Assembly: GCA_046292385.1 (NCBI GenBank)
Contig: JBKBRF010000022.1
Coordinates: 47,984-111,983 of the forward strand
Length of the DNA stretch: 64,000 nucleotides
Direction of reading: 5' to 3'
Source: Armatimonadota bacterium
GTDB lineage: Bacteria; Armatimonadota; SYMT01
The notes beneath the pieces are model-generated. The model saw only the letters and a program-made list of their open reading frames with translations, did not search any database and was not told where the DNA came from. Of this stretch, positions 19,665-29,433 are shown one piece after another. A program made the translations under genes and the position numbers. Position 1 is the stretch's first letter. Every line of letters begins with the position of its first letter.

Positions 19665-19981
19665 CAGGGCTCGTTCCTCTAAAGGTCGCCGGCCGCCCTC
19701 AAGAATGCGTGGCGAAGCACTTCTCTACCGGCACCCATAAGATCGGGCGGTGAGGAGCGTCATCAAATCATCCGGTCGGCGGAGCCGGCGCTCGCTCTTT
19801 TGCCGGAATGAGGCCGTCCCTTTGAAAGGAGACTGAGCCGCGCGAATGCACGTAACATGGTAGAGACGCTGCCGTCGAATACCTGGGAACCTTCACCCCC
19901 TCCGCGGGGACTAGGAACAGAAGCCGCTCCGACCACTGGCTGCCGCGGCAGCCACGAGGCTGCGCCGGCCGAGGATCCGCC

Positions 19982-21148
19982 ATGCCAATCTTCCACTCCT
20001 TCTCACGCCTGACCGGGGTCGTTCTGCTCACGCTTGGCCTCGTTACCTCCGCCGGCGCGCAGGAGCTCTCTGCAGAGCGGGCGCGCAGTCTCTTCGTCGA
20101 CGTGGAGCGCGTCTCCCGATTGCCGAAGGAAGACCAGAAGGAGCACGTCCGACGGATGTATCACGAGGTCTTTCCGGCGGTCTCCGACCTGAAGGCGGCC
20201 GGCGCGAGCACGATGCCCGCCCCACCGCTGCCGATCGACAACATGACGCCGGACGACGCCGCGGCCCGGGTGCTGGAGCAGGAGGGGGTGGAGGGACTGC
20301 GAGACCGGACCCGGCGCAAGGTGCTCTCCCTGCTGGCGCGCCATCCGGAGTCGGTGAAGCCGCTGGTGAAGTCCGACCTCCGCTCGCTGGAGCGCAGCGA
20401 CGTGCTCCGGGGGCTCTCCGCCGCCGGCCGGCTGCAGCTTCAAGAGGCGCTGGACGGCGTGCTGAAGATCTTCCGGGCGGACCGCCAGGAGGCAGAGCAG
20501 GCGGCGCTGACGCTGCGGGACCTGAACGATCCGCGGGCGATCCGCGCGCTGGTGGAGCGGGACAAGAACCGCCCGACGCAGTATTACGAGCTGATTCGCC
20601 CCCTCCAGCGCGGCCGCTCCGCCGACCCGGCGCTCGTGAAGCTGCTCCGGCACAAGTCGGCCGTGATCCGGGAGCAGGCGGCCTACGCCCTCACCGACTC
20701 GGGTGACCCGGACCTCGCCTCGCACGTGCGTCGGCTGGTGAAAGACGCGGATGCGCGGGTGCGAGGGCAGGCCGCCGAAATGGGGTTCGCGCTGAGCGGG
20801 AGCGCTTTCGAGAAGGTACGACCCAGCCTGACCGAGCTGCTGCACGATCCGGAGCGGGCCGTCCGGCTCACCACCGCCACCGGCTTCGCGCAGCGGCAGG
20901 ATGCCACCGCCGGCCCCACGCTGCTGACACTGCTCCGGGACGCCACGCTCGACGCGAAGGCGCACGGCGCCGTCGTCCGCGCCATCCAGAGCCTGACGGG
21001 GACCGCGTTCGGCTACGACACCAGCGAGAGCGGCTGGCAGCCCGGCACGGAGAACAACCGGCAGGCGATCCGCCGCTTCGAGGAATGGATCCGCCGCCAG
21101 GGTGCCCTGAACATCGACCGCCGTTCGCGATCCCGCGCCGACGGATAG
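19982..21148 (+). CDS. Secreted HEAT-repeat protein
   Basis: Signal peptide ending AGA-QE; repeats LVKLLRHKSAVIREQAAYAL, LVKDADARVRGQAA and LLHDPERAVR. Confidence 0.8.
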   Translation: MPIFHSFSRLTGVVLLTLGLVTSAGAQELSAERARSLFVDVERVSRLPKEDQKEHVRRMYHEVFPAVSDLKAAGASTMPAPPLPIDNMTPDDAAARVLEQEGVEGLRDRTRRKVLSLLARHPESVKPLVKSDLRSLERSDVLRGLSAAGRLQLQEALDGVLKIFRADRQEAEQAALTLRDLNDPRAIRALVERDKNRPTQYYELIRPLQRGRSADPALVKLLRHKSAVIREQAAYALTDSGDPDLASHVRRLVKDADARVRGQAAEMGFALSGSAFEKVRPSLTELLHDPERAVRLTTATGFAQRQDATAGPTLLTLLRDATLDAKAHGAVVRAIQSLTGTAFGYDTSESGWQPGTENNRQAIRRFEEWIRRQGALNIDRRSRSRADG

Positions 21149-21296
21149 CAGCCCGGCCGATCAGCGGGTCATCCTGAGCCGCCGGGCCGGCCACCCCCGA
21201 AGAAGCGGAGGTCGCCCCATCGATAGCCGTCCGGCACTTCGATCAAGGCGCCTCTCCTCGAGAGCCGGACGGCGGCAAAGCGCTTCTGCGCCTCGT

Positions 21297-21518
21297 CTAC
21301 GCTTCGGGCTCCTCGGCGGGCTCCGCGGGGCTCTCCGCTTCTGCCGACCCGGTCTCATCCGCCTGGGCGGCTTCCCACGCTTCTACCTGGTCTGCCAGCG
21401 CCTCCAGCGCGGCGAGGCGCTGCCACATGTTCTGCACGGCGCCTTCCGGTGAGCCGGTGCGGCGGGCAAGGTCGAGCAGGCGCTCTTCCCCGGGGGCTGG
21501 GTAGGGTCCGTCCGGCAT
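21297..21518 (-). CDS. Small acidic hypothetical protein
   Basis: RBS GAGGAG before ATG 21518; 73 aa. Confidence 0.55.
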   Translation of the reverse strand: MPDGPYPAPGEERLLDLARRTGSPEGAVQNMWQRLAALEALADQVEAWEAAQADETGSAEAESPAEPAEEPEA

Positions 21519-21719
21519 GGTCGCTCCTCGTGTACTACAGGGCGCTCGCGCGGCGCCGCCGGGGTAGTTTACCACGCAGGGGGCCGGCTCCTTGCGCTCG
21601 ACGCTCGTTGATCCTGGTTTTGCGAGGGAATCTTCGCGCGGGCGTCTAACTGGAAGCGGCGCCGGGCCGACCTGCCCGCCGCCTCGTTGCCCGGTTCAGC
21701 CGGGACCCGGAGACCGTTG

Positions 21720-22103
21720 ATGCGCAAGGTAGTCACCAGCGACCAGCTTCCCAAACCCGCCGGCCCCTACTCCCCCGCCGTCATCGCGGGCGATTTCGTG
21801 TACGTCTCGGGCCAGGGCCCCACCGATCCTGCCACCGGCGAGATGGTGCTCGACAGCGTGCAGGCCGAGACCCGCCAGGTGCTGAAGAACGTCCAGGCGA
21901 TCCTAGAAGCGGCCGGCACCAGCCTGGAAAACGTGGTCAAGTGCAACGTCTACCTCGCCGACCGGCACGATTTCGCCGCCATGAACGAGGTCTACAAGGA
22001 GTTCTTCCCTCACGACCCGCCGGCCCGGACCACCGTACAGGCGCACCCCCCGGTGGAGATCCGCGTCGAGATCGACTGCGTAGCCTACCTTCCGCGCGGC
22101 TGA
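21720..22103 (+). CDS. RidA/YjgF family imine deaminase
   Basis: GPYSPAV, VSGQ, FAAMNEVY, PPARTTV and VEIDCVA. Confidence 0.92.
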   Translation: MRKVVTSDQLPKPAGPYSPAVIAGDFVYVSGQGPTDPATGEMVLDSVQAETRQVLKNVQAILEAAGTSLENVVKCNVYLADRHDFAAMNEVYKEFFPHDPPARTTVQAHPPVEIRVEIDCVAYLPRG

Positions 22104-22346
22104 GGCGCTGGCGGGAAGCAAGGCCAGGGAGCCTGCAGCCCGGCACACGCTGACGAAGCCGTGCCGGAGCCCAGGGGTCGCCAGCGAGCAGGAGCAAGAG
22201 TAAGAGCAGGAGCAGGATCTCCCGTTGACGGAGGGTTCGGCTTTAGCCTTTAGCCTTTTGCCTTTAGCCTTCAGAAGTGGGAGGAGTGCGCCCCGGACGC
22301 GGCCAACCGCTGCGTCGGGGGCGCTGTTGCCCCGCCGTACTCTGCT

Positions 22347-23381
22347 GTGACCGGACTGCCTGTGTCTGAGCCTTCCCCTTTGCCGCCCCAGTCCCCCAAG
22401 ACGGCCGGTGACCGCGGCTTCTTCAAGTCCGCCGCGCGCCTGTTGGCCCCGCTCGTCGTGCTCGTGCTGATGGCGATCTTCTTCGCCTGGATCACGGGTG
22501 GGCGCTATCTCCAGCCGAACAGCCTCACCGACATCGGTCAGCAGGCGGCAATCATTGTGATCGTGGGGATCGGGCAGACGCTGGTGATCATCGCGGGCGG
22601 GATCGACCTGTCGGTCGGCGCGGTGGTGGCGTTCAGCGGCAGCCTGGCCGCGGTGCTGATCCTGGAGGCGGGGTTCCACCCGATGGCCGCCGCGGCGATT
22701 GCCGTGCTGGCCGGCGGCGCCATCGGGTTCTTCAACGGCTTCACCTCCGTCAAGACCCGCGTCCACCCGTTCATCATCACCCTCGGGTCGATGATGATCT
22801 TCCGCGGGCTCGCCCTCTGGCTCACCGGCGCCAGCAACACGGACCTGCTCCCGGAGACCTTCACCGGCCTCGCTACCGGAAAGTTTCCGCTCGGGCCGCG
22901 GAGCGAGATCTACGTTCCGAACATCCTGATCGTCTACATCGTGGTGCTGGGAGTCGTCACGCATCTGATGCTCACCCGCACCCGGGTGGGACGCTACTGC
23001 TTCGCCATCGGCAGTAACCCGGAGAGCGCCCGCCTCTCCGGCGTCAACGTCGGCCGCTGGACCACCCTCTATTTCGCCCTGGCCGGCCTGCTCTTCGGGT
23101 TCGGCGGCATCGTGCAGGCCGCCCGGGTCGGCATCGGTCAGCCGACAATTGCGGAAGGGATGGAGCTGGAAGCGATCGCCGCGGCGGTGATCGGCGGCAC
23201 CAGCCTGGCGGGCGGGCAGGGCTCCGTGGGAGGCACCATCATCGGCGCGCTGCTCATGGCGGGCCTCCGCCAGGGGCTCCGGATGGTGGGGCTCCAGCCG
23301 TACTGGCAGACCGTGGCGCTGGGGGCGGCGATCGTCGTCGCGGTGATTTACGACCGCGTCAGCCGCCGCAGCACCACCTGA
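22347..23381 (+). CDS. Monosaccharide ABC transporter permease (RbsC-like)
   Basis: GGIDLSVG, PFIITLG, GSNPESARLSGV and ELEAIAAAVIGGTSLAGG. Confidence 0.92.
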   Translation: MTGLPVSEPSPLPPQSPKTAGDRGFFKSAARLLAPLVVLVLMAIFFAWITGGRYLQPNSLTDIGQQAAIIVIVGIGQTLVIIAGGIDLSVGAVVAFSGSLAAVLILEAGFHPMAAAAIAVLAGGAIGFFNGFTSVKTRVHPFIITLGSMMIFRGLALWLTGASNTDLLPETFTGLATGKFPLGPRSEIYVPNILIVYIVVLGVVTHLMLTRTRVGRYCFAIGSNPESARLSGVNVGRWTTLYFALAGLLFGFGGIVQAARVGIGQPTIAEGMELEAIAAAVIGGTSLAGGQGSVGGTIIGALLMAGLRQGLRMVGLQPYWQTVALGAAIVVAVIYDRVSRRSTT

Positions 23382-23396
23382 TCCTGGAACTGGAAA

Positions 23397-24434
23397 GTGA
23401 AAGCCATGCATCGCAGACTCCTGCTCGGAATGACCCTCGCCGCCGGTCTCTGCACCGGCTGCATTCGCGAGACGGCGCCGCCCGCCGCCAACACCGGCGG
23501 AGAGCCCGGGGCCGCCTCCGCCTCCGCCGTGGAGACGCGGAGCAAAGACGAGACGCTCGAGATCGCGGTGGTGCCGAAGGGCCTCACCCATCAGTTCTGG
23601 CAGACGATCCGCGCGGGGGCCGAGGAGGCCGGCAAGGACGTGAACGCCAGGATCCTCTGGAACGGGCCGAAGTCCGAGACGGAGATCCAGGACCAAATCG
23701 ACATCTTGAAGAACTACGCCAGCCAGGGGGTCGACGGCATCGCGGTGGCTGCGACTAACGCGAAGGCGCTCGCCCGCCCCGTGGAAGAGCTGGACGCCCA
23801 GAAGATTCCGGTGGTGGTGATCGACTCCGGAGTGGAGTCCCAGGTCCCGCGCTCCTTCATTGCCACCGACAACGTCGAGGCGGCGAAGCTGGCGGCGAAG
23901 GAGATGGGCCGGCTCCTCGGCGGTAAGGGGAAGGTCGCCGTGCTGTCGTTCCTGAAGGGCGCCGGTACTTCCGACGAGCGGGAGCGCGGCTTTCTCGAGG
24001 GAATCAAGGAGTTCCCCGGAATCGAAGTGCTCGAGCCGGTGGAGACGAAGAGCGACTCCGCCCGCGCGGCGGACCAGATGGAAACGCTGATCACCCACCA
24101 CCCGGACCTCGCCGGCGTCTTCGCCTCCAACGAGCCGAACGTCGTCGGCGCGGCCAAGGTGATCCAGGACAAGGGTCTCGCCGGCAAGGTGAAGCTGATC
24201 GGCTTCGACGCCAGCGACCCGGAGATCGAGTACCTGCAGAGGGGCGTGGTGCAGGCGATCGTGGTCCAAGACCCGTTCAAGATGGGCTACGAAGGGGTGA
24301 AGGCGCTGGCGCAGATCCTCCGCGGCGAGGGGACGCCGAACCCGCGCATCGACACCGGCGCTACCGTGGTCACCCAGGAGAACCTGGACGACCCGAAGGT
24401 GCAGAAGCTCCTCTACCCGCTGGGCAAGAAGTAG
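23397..24434 (+). CDS. Sugar ABC transporter substrate-binding lipoprotein (RbsB-like)
   Basis: Lipobox-like CTGC; HQFWQ, IATDN, ERERGF, IGFD and QDPFKMGY. Confidence 0.92.
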   Translation: MKAMHRRLLLGMTLAAGLCTGCIRETAPPAANTGGEPGAASASAVETRSKDETLEIAVVPKGLTHQFWQTIRAGAEEAGKDVNARILWNGPKSETEIQDQIDILKNYASQGVDGIAVAATNAKALARPVEELDAQKIPVVVIDSGVESQVPRSFIATDNVEAAKLAAKEMGRLLGGKGKVAVLSFLKGAGTSDERERGFLEGIKEFPGIEVLEPVETKSDSARAADQMETLITHHPDLAGVFASNEPNVVGAAKVIQDKGLAGKVKLIGFDASDPEIEYLQRGVVQAIVVQDPFKMGYEGVKALAQILRGEGTPNPRIDTGATVVTQENLDDPKVQKLLYPLGKK

Positions 24435-24565
24435 CGCTGCCGGCCTTCGAGCCGGCAGCCAGCTCCACAGCCTCCGTATCTTGGGCGATGCGGAGGCTGT
24501 TCGTGTACCGGCAGCTAACCTGTCACCGTAGTATCTCTCGCGGAACTATCCGCAAGGAGGACCAC

Positions 24566-25162
24566 GTGCTTACCAGACGCGCATGCCTGGGGACGGGGGT
24601 CGCCGGCGCGCTGCTCTTCGGAGCGCTCACGGCAGCCCCCGCCCAGGCTCCCGAGCCGCTCAAGGTCGGGGAGAAGGCTCCGGAGTTCACGCTGAAGAGC
24701 GTCGACGACAAGACCGTCACGCTGAGTGAAGTCGCCAAGAAGAACAAGGCCACCCTGGTCAACTTCTTCTTCAACGGCTGAGGCTTCTGCAGGTTGGAGT
24801 TTCCACACCTTCAAGAGGCATACAAGAAGTACAAGGACCAGGGATTCGAGATCATCGCCATCAACGTGAGCGCCCGCGACACACCGGAGGCGATCAAGAA
24901 GCTCTTCACCGATGCCAAGCTCACCTTTACCGCGGTGAAGGATGACATCGGTGAGAACATGCGCGGCAAGACGATGGCGGCGTACGGCGTCCGCGGCTGT
25001 CCCACCAACTTCGTGGTGGACAAAGACGGCAAGATCGTCGCCAGCTGGGTCGGCTTTAACCCGCAGAACGGCGCCAAGCACCTGAAAGAGGAGTGGGCGA
25101 AGCTCGGCTTCAAAGACGACAGCGCCGCGCCGGATGGCGAAGCGAAGCCGGACAACCAGTAA
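24566..25162 (+). CDS. Tat-signal TlpA/AhpC-TSA-like thioredoxin-fold selenoprotein (U72-G-F-C75)
   Basis: RBS AAGGAGG plus GTG. Track ORFs 24488-24781 and 24794-25162 share a frame and are separated only by TGA 24779-24781, giving LVNFFFNG-U-GFCRLEFPHL. Also VGEKAPEFTL and PTNFVVDKDGKI; SECIS-like hairpin follows. Confidence 0.85.
24783..24819 (+). promoter_or_regulatory. Putative bacterial SECIS element
   Basis: Lower stem GCUUCU/AGAGGC; upper stem AGGU-UGGA/UCCA-(C)-ACCU; loop GUU begins with G, 17 nt after the UGA. Confidence 0.6.
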
Positions 25163-25320
25163 CTCCCTCCCCCATTCGAGACGAAGCAGATCGAGAGCCG
25201 GGAGGCCGCGCGGAGCTACCGCCGCCTCCCGGCTTTCTTGCCTCAGCGGCCGCTGACACTCCCGGGCACCCGCCCGCGCGCAGCCGGGCGAGGAGCCGCG
25301 CGGACGGCTGTCCAACCGTG

Positions 25321-26301
25321 ATGGGAAGCGGCGAATCCCGCCCTCCGCACTCCTCCCTCAGCCCGATGCCCGCCACCTGGTCCGCCTCTCGCACCCGCAC
25401 CTTTCAGGAATGCCGGCGGAAGTACTACTACCGGTACCACCTGGCACCGCTGGGCCGCCGGCCGGACGCGCCGCCGGAGGCGGTGCAGGCGGAGCGCGTG
25501 AAGGACCTGGTGGGGCTGGAAGCGTGGTGCGGGGACCTGGTCCACCGCGTCATCGAGACGGCGCTGCAGCACTGGCGGGCACGGCGCACCTTCACGGCGG
25601 AGGACGGCACCCGCCTGGCGCAGCGGGAACTGAGCCGGCAATTCCGCGCCTCCCACCAGTTCTGGCAGGCGCATCCGGAGGAATTCGTCCACCGCCCCAC
25701 GCTGCTCGATCTCCACTACTACGGCGACGGCACCCTCCCCCGGGAGCGCGCGGCGGAGTTGAAGGAGCGGGTCTTCACCGCCGTCTCCGGCTTTCTCCAC
25801 TCCCGCTTGGCGGAGCGGATCCAGCGCGCGCTGCCGGGCGGCTGGCTGCCGATCGACCGCCTCGCCGCCGCGCGCCTGGACGAAGGGCTCACGATCTACG
25901 TGCGGCCCGACTTCGCCTACCGCGAAGGCGAGTGGCTCCACATCCTCGACTGGAAGACCGGCCGCTCCGACCCGTTCTGGGAGCTGGTACAGGTCACCTG
26001 TTACGCGCTCTACGCGGCGGAGAAGTGGAGCCAGCCGCTGAGCTGCATCGTCCCGCAGATCGTCCACCTCTACCCGGAGCTCCGGATCGCGGAGACGGAG
26101 TATACCGAAGCGTCCCTCCACGACGTGCTCACCTTCATCCGGGAAAGCCACGGCGAGATTGCGGAGCTCTGCGGCGAAGAGCCGCTCCCGCCGGCGGAGC
26201 GGTTCCCCTTCTGCGACGATCCCGGCCGCTGCCGGTGGTGCCAGTTCCGCGGACTCTGCGCCGGCGCCGCCCGCGCCGCGGCCGAGGGGGCCCGCGGGTG
26301 A
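25321..26301 (+). CDS. PD-(D/E)XK nuclease, RecB/AddB/Cas4-like with four Cys
   Basis: WSASR...FQECRRKYY, RPDFAY, ILDWKTG, QVTCY and CRWCQFRGLC. Start is 25321 or 25366. Confidence 0.85.
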   Translation: MGSGESRPPHSSLSPMPATWSASRTRTFQECRRKYYYRYHLAPLGRRPDAPPEAVQAERVKDLVGLEAWCGDLVHRVIETALQHWRARRTFTAEDGTRLAQRELSRQFRASHQFWQAHPEEFVHRPTLLDLHYYGDGTLPRERAAELKERVFTAVSGFLHSRLAERIQRALPGGWLPIDRLAAARLDEGLTIYVRPDFAYREGEWLHILDWKTGRSDPFWELVQVTCYALYAAEKWSQPLSCIVPQIVHLYPELRIAETEYTEASLHDVLTFIRESHGEIAELCGEEPLPPAERFPFCDDPGRCRWCQFRGLCAGAARAAAEGARG

Positions 26302-27401
26302 GCACCCGGCGGACGCTCGGGATGGCGCTCGGCCTGCTCGCCCTGGTCTCCGCGGCCGTATTCGGATACCGCTCCGTCGATTCCGTCGCCGGCAGCCAGG
26401 GCTGGAACGACTTCGTCGAGAGCGGTTACCCGCTCTCCGTCCTGTTCGGGATCCTGGCGCTGGTGGTCGGCCCTGTCGTCCTCGCCGAGCACCGCCGGAG
26501 CCGGCTCTACCGCGCCGCCGCGAGTGGCGACGTCACCCGTCTTCGGCGGCTGGTGCGGCACTGGGCCTACCTCGACGGGCGCTACCGCGGCGCGACGATC
26601 CTCTCCCATGCCGCGGCCGGAGGACATCTCCCCTGTGTCGAGCTGCTTCTGGAGGCGGGCGCCCTGCCGGACGCAACCGGCGCCCGCGGCTGGACCCCGC
26701 TGATGTCGGCCGCGCTCAACGGCCGGGAGGCGGTCACCGCGCGGCTCCTCCGGGCCGGCGCCGACCCGAACCGGCAGAACCAGCCGGAGCCGGGCGCTCC
26801 GGAGGGCTCCACGGAGTTCGAGCCGTCGGCCCCGGGGGACCCAGGCGGCTGGACGCCGCTCCTGCTGGCATGCTGGAGCGGCGATGGCTTCAGCACCTTC
26901 CGCCTGCTCGCGGCGGGCGCGGAGCCGAACCACCGCTCCGGCCACGGCTACACGGCACTCGGCCTGGCCGCGGAGCGGCGCCACTTCCACCTGGTCCGCT
27001 ACCTGCTGGAGTTCGGAGCCGACCCGCACCTGCCGAGCCGGGGACAGTCCCCGTTCGAGGCGCTGCTGGGCGCCGGTCCGCCGATACTCGCCCTCTACCT
27101 GCTCACAGCCACGCGCACGCCGGCGTCGACCGCGCTCCCCATCGCCGTGCGGTGCGGGCGGCCGGAGCTGGTGGAAGAGCTGCTGCGGAGGGGTGCCGAC
27201 CCGAACGCGGAGGGCGGCAGCGCGCTGGTGGAGGCAGTCTACCGGGGCGATGCCGGGCTGGTCCGGCTCCTCCTGGAGCGCGGCGCCGACCCGTCGGTCA
27301 CGAATCACCGCGGCGAGCCGCTCCTCCAGATCGCCCGCCGCCGCTCGTATTCGGAAGTGGCGGCGCTGCTGGAGAGCGCCGGGAGCACCGGGGCAAGCTA
27401 A
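26298..27401 (+). CDS. Membrane-anchored ankyrin-repeat protein
   Basis: GTG overlaps the nuclease stop; two N-terminal TM segments; GWTPLMSAA...LLRAGADPN repeats. Confidence 0.85.
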   Translation: MSTRRTLGMALGLLALVSAAVFGYRSVDSVAGSQGWNDFVESGYPLSVLFGILALVVGPVVLAEHRRSRLYRAAASGDVTRLRRLVRHWAYLDGRYRGATILSHAAAGGHLPCVELLLEAGALPDATGARGWTPLMSAALNGREAVTARLLRAGADPNRQNQPEPGAPEGSTEFEPSAPGDPGGWTPLLLACWSGDGFSTFRLLAAGAEPNHRSGHGYTALGLAAERRHFHLVRYLLEFGADPHLPSRGQSPFEALLGAGPPILALYLLTATRTPASTALPIAVRCGRPELVEELLRRGADPNAEGGSALVEAVYRGDAGLVRLLLERGADPSVTNHRGEPLLQIARRRSYSEVAALLESAGSTGAS

Positions 27402-27502
27402 TGGCGGGACACCGGCAGGAAGAGCGGCGTCTTAGGGATAAAGTTACAGCCGGCCGGGACCTACCGAACGAGCCCTCCCTGCACGGCATGTCTCCCCAGG
27501 AA

Positions 27503-28915
27503 ATGCCCATGGGAACCTCGCCCTCCTCTGTCCCCACGCGCCGCCGCGGCCTCTACGCGCGCCGGCCGGACTCGGAAGTCCCCCGCCCCTTCGGCGCAAC
27601 CATGGAATCGCTGGAAGCGAGACTTCGACGACGCGAGCGCGAGCTCGGCGCCATCCGGCGCATCACCGCGGCCCTCTACGCGCGCACCCACCTCGACGAC
27701 CTGGTGCGGCAGACGCTCGACGTCGCCATCGAGACGGTGGAGGCGACCGGCGGCACGATCTACCTGCACGACCCGAAGAAAAACGTCCTGATCTTCAAGT
27801 GGGTCGTCGCCGCGCCGGAGATCGCCGCCCGCCTCCGCGGGATGGAGATGCCGGACGACAAGGGGATCGCCGGAGAAGTCTTCCACACCGGCACCGGCCG
27901 GGTGACGCTCGACGTCACCAAAGACCGCAATCACAACCGCGGCGTCGACCAGAAGACGCAATTCGTCACGCAGAACATCATCACCGTCCCGATGCGCAGT
28001 ATGGGCGGCCGCACCATCGGCGTGGCCCAGGTGCTGAACCGCCGGGAAGGCGAGTTCGACCAGGACGACCTGGAAGTCGTGGAGGTCATCTGCGCCCAGG
28101 CCGCCTCCGCCATCGAAACGGCGCGGCTCTACGACGAGGCGCGCCGCGCCAGCGTGATCAACCTGATCGGCGACATCAGTCACGACGTCAAGAACCTGCT
28201 CACCCCGGTGGTGACCGGCATGCAGACGCTCGAGATGATGATGGACTCGATGTACGAAGACCTCGACAAGGCGCTGCCAAAGGTTCCGGACCCGGTCCGG
28301 GACGAGGTGAGCTGGGCGGTCGACGGCGTGCGCGGCTTCTACCAGGAAGCGATGGAGATGGTGTACGACGGCGCCCGCGACGCGCAGGAGCGCGTGCGGG
28401 AGATCGCGGACGCCATCAAGGGGATCGTCGCGGAGCCGCACTTCGAGCTGACCGACTTCCGCGAGCGCGCGGAGGCGGTGGCGAAGGTGCTCAAGCTGGT
28501 GGCGGAGCGGAAGGGCGTGACGATCGCCCTCGCCGGCATCGAAGAGACCGGCCCCGTGGAGCTCGACCGCAAGAGCATCTACAACGCGATCTACAACCTG
28601 ATCAACAACGCCATCCCGGAGACCCCGGAAGGCGGCACCATCTCCGTCAGCGCCCGTCCCACGGAGCTGAACGGCGTCCCGGCGCTGGAGATCCAGGTCG
28701 CCGATACCGGGCGCGGCATGCCGCCCCACATCCGGGAGCGGATGTTCACCGACAGCGCGATCAGCACCAAGCCGGGCGGCACCGGGCTGGGCACCCGCAT
28801 CGTGAAGAACGTGGTCGACCTCCACCACGGCACCATCCGCGTCGACAGCGAGGAGGGCCGCGGCACCACCTTCACCCTCCGCATCCCGACGCGGCAGCCT
28901 GAGGAAACGCGTTAG
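27503..28915 (+). CDS. GAF-domain sensor histidine kinase
   Basis: GAF domain (GIAGEVF, IITVPM, QVLNRR, FDQDD), H-box SHDVKN, NLINNA, DTGRGM and GTGLG. An alternative start at ATG 27401 overlaps the ankyrin stop. Confidence 0.9.
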   Translation: MPMGTSPSSVPTRRRGLYARRPDSEVPRPFGATMESLEARLRRRERELGAIRRITAALYARTHLDDLVRQTLDVAIETVEATGGTIYLHDPKKNVLIFKWVVAAPEIAARLRGMEMPDDKGIAGEVFHTGTGRVTLDVTKDRNHNRGVDQKTQFVTQNIITVPMRSMGGRTIGVAQVLNRREGEFDQDDLEVVEVICAQAASAIETARLYDEARRASVINLIGDISHDVKNLLTPVVTGMQTLEMMMDSMYEDLDKALPKVPDPVRDEVSWAVDGVRGFYQEAMEMVYDGARDAQERVREIADAIKGIVAEPHFELTDFRERAEAVAKVLKLVAERKGVTIALAGIEETGPVELDRKSIYNAIYNLINNAIPETPEGGTISVSARPTELNGVPALEIQVADTGRGMPPHIRERMFTDSAISTKPGGTGLGTRIVKNVVDLHHGTIRVDSEEGRGTTFTLRIPTRQPEETR

Positions 28916-29047
28916 CTGGGACAACGGGTGAGGAGCTCGGTTTGCCCTCGAACTGTCCGGCCGGCAGTTTGGAAGCCTGTGACGGTCGGCGGATAGGATC
29001 CGCTCCGCATTTGACGCCCGCCTGGCGAACGCTCGCGCGCCCCGGAG

Positions 29048-29192
29048 GAAGGGCCGCGCAAGCGCGTCACTCCTAAAAGTCCCGGAGGGCGCTCCGCTAC
29101 GACGGCGCCAAGATCTCCCGGCGAGATGCTCCTCGCGGGCAGCGGGAGGAACGAATCGGTGCTGCCGGAGTGACGCGCTTGCGCGGCCCTTC
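29048..29192. repeat. REP doublet (perfect 26-bp inverted repeat, CAAG-loop family)
   Basis: GAAGGGCCGCGCAAGCGCGTCACTCC (29048-29073) and its exact reverse complement (29167-29192). Confidence 0.85.
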
Positions 29193-29433
29193 ATTCACGG
29201 TGAAGTCGCATCCGTGAGGTACGATGGGCCTCAGCTCCTCCCGCTGCGGTGAACCTTCTCCCTTCTTCCATCTTGCAATGCGACTTTTACGCCGTCTCCG
29301 TCGTCCAAGGAATGAACGCGCAAGGTCTCTGCCGGGACGTGTGCTCCGTGGGCTCCGGTTTGGCGCGGCCGAAAGGCCGTGTGTATAATTCCGGAGTTCT
29401 CCCCCGGTCTCCGAGCCGACATCGGAGTTAGGG

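Noticed and set aside
19665..19981. Possible riboswitch in the divergent intergenic region
   Set aside because: Short hairpins only; no match to aptamer consensus sequences I can recognise.
24488..25162. Two separate ORFs (97 aa and 122 aa) or a pseudogene
   Set aside because: They are in one frame and the sole stop is a TGA at the redox Cys position with a SECIS-like hairpin, so one selenoprotein gene explains them better.
25321..26301. cas4 of a CRISPR-Cas locus
   Set aside because: No cas1, cas2 or array in the window; treated as a solo PD-(D/E)XK nuclease.
26159..27400. N-terminal ~414 aa of the 918-aa kinase ORF, and similar extensions on track ORFs 13829-16561, 38107-39789 and 5754-6566
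   Set aside because: These extensions overlap other real genes in different frames and are low-information Arg/Pro/Gly-rich translations; starts were reassigned downstream.
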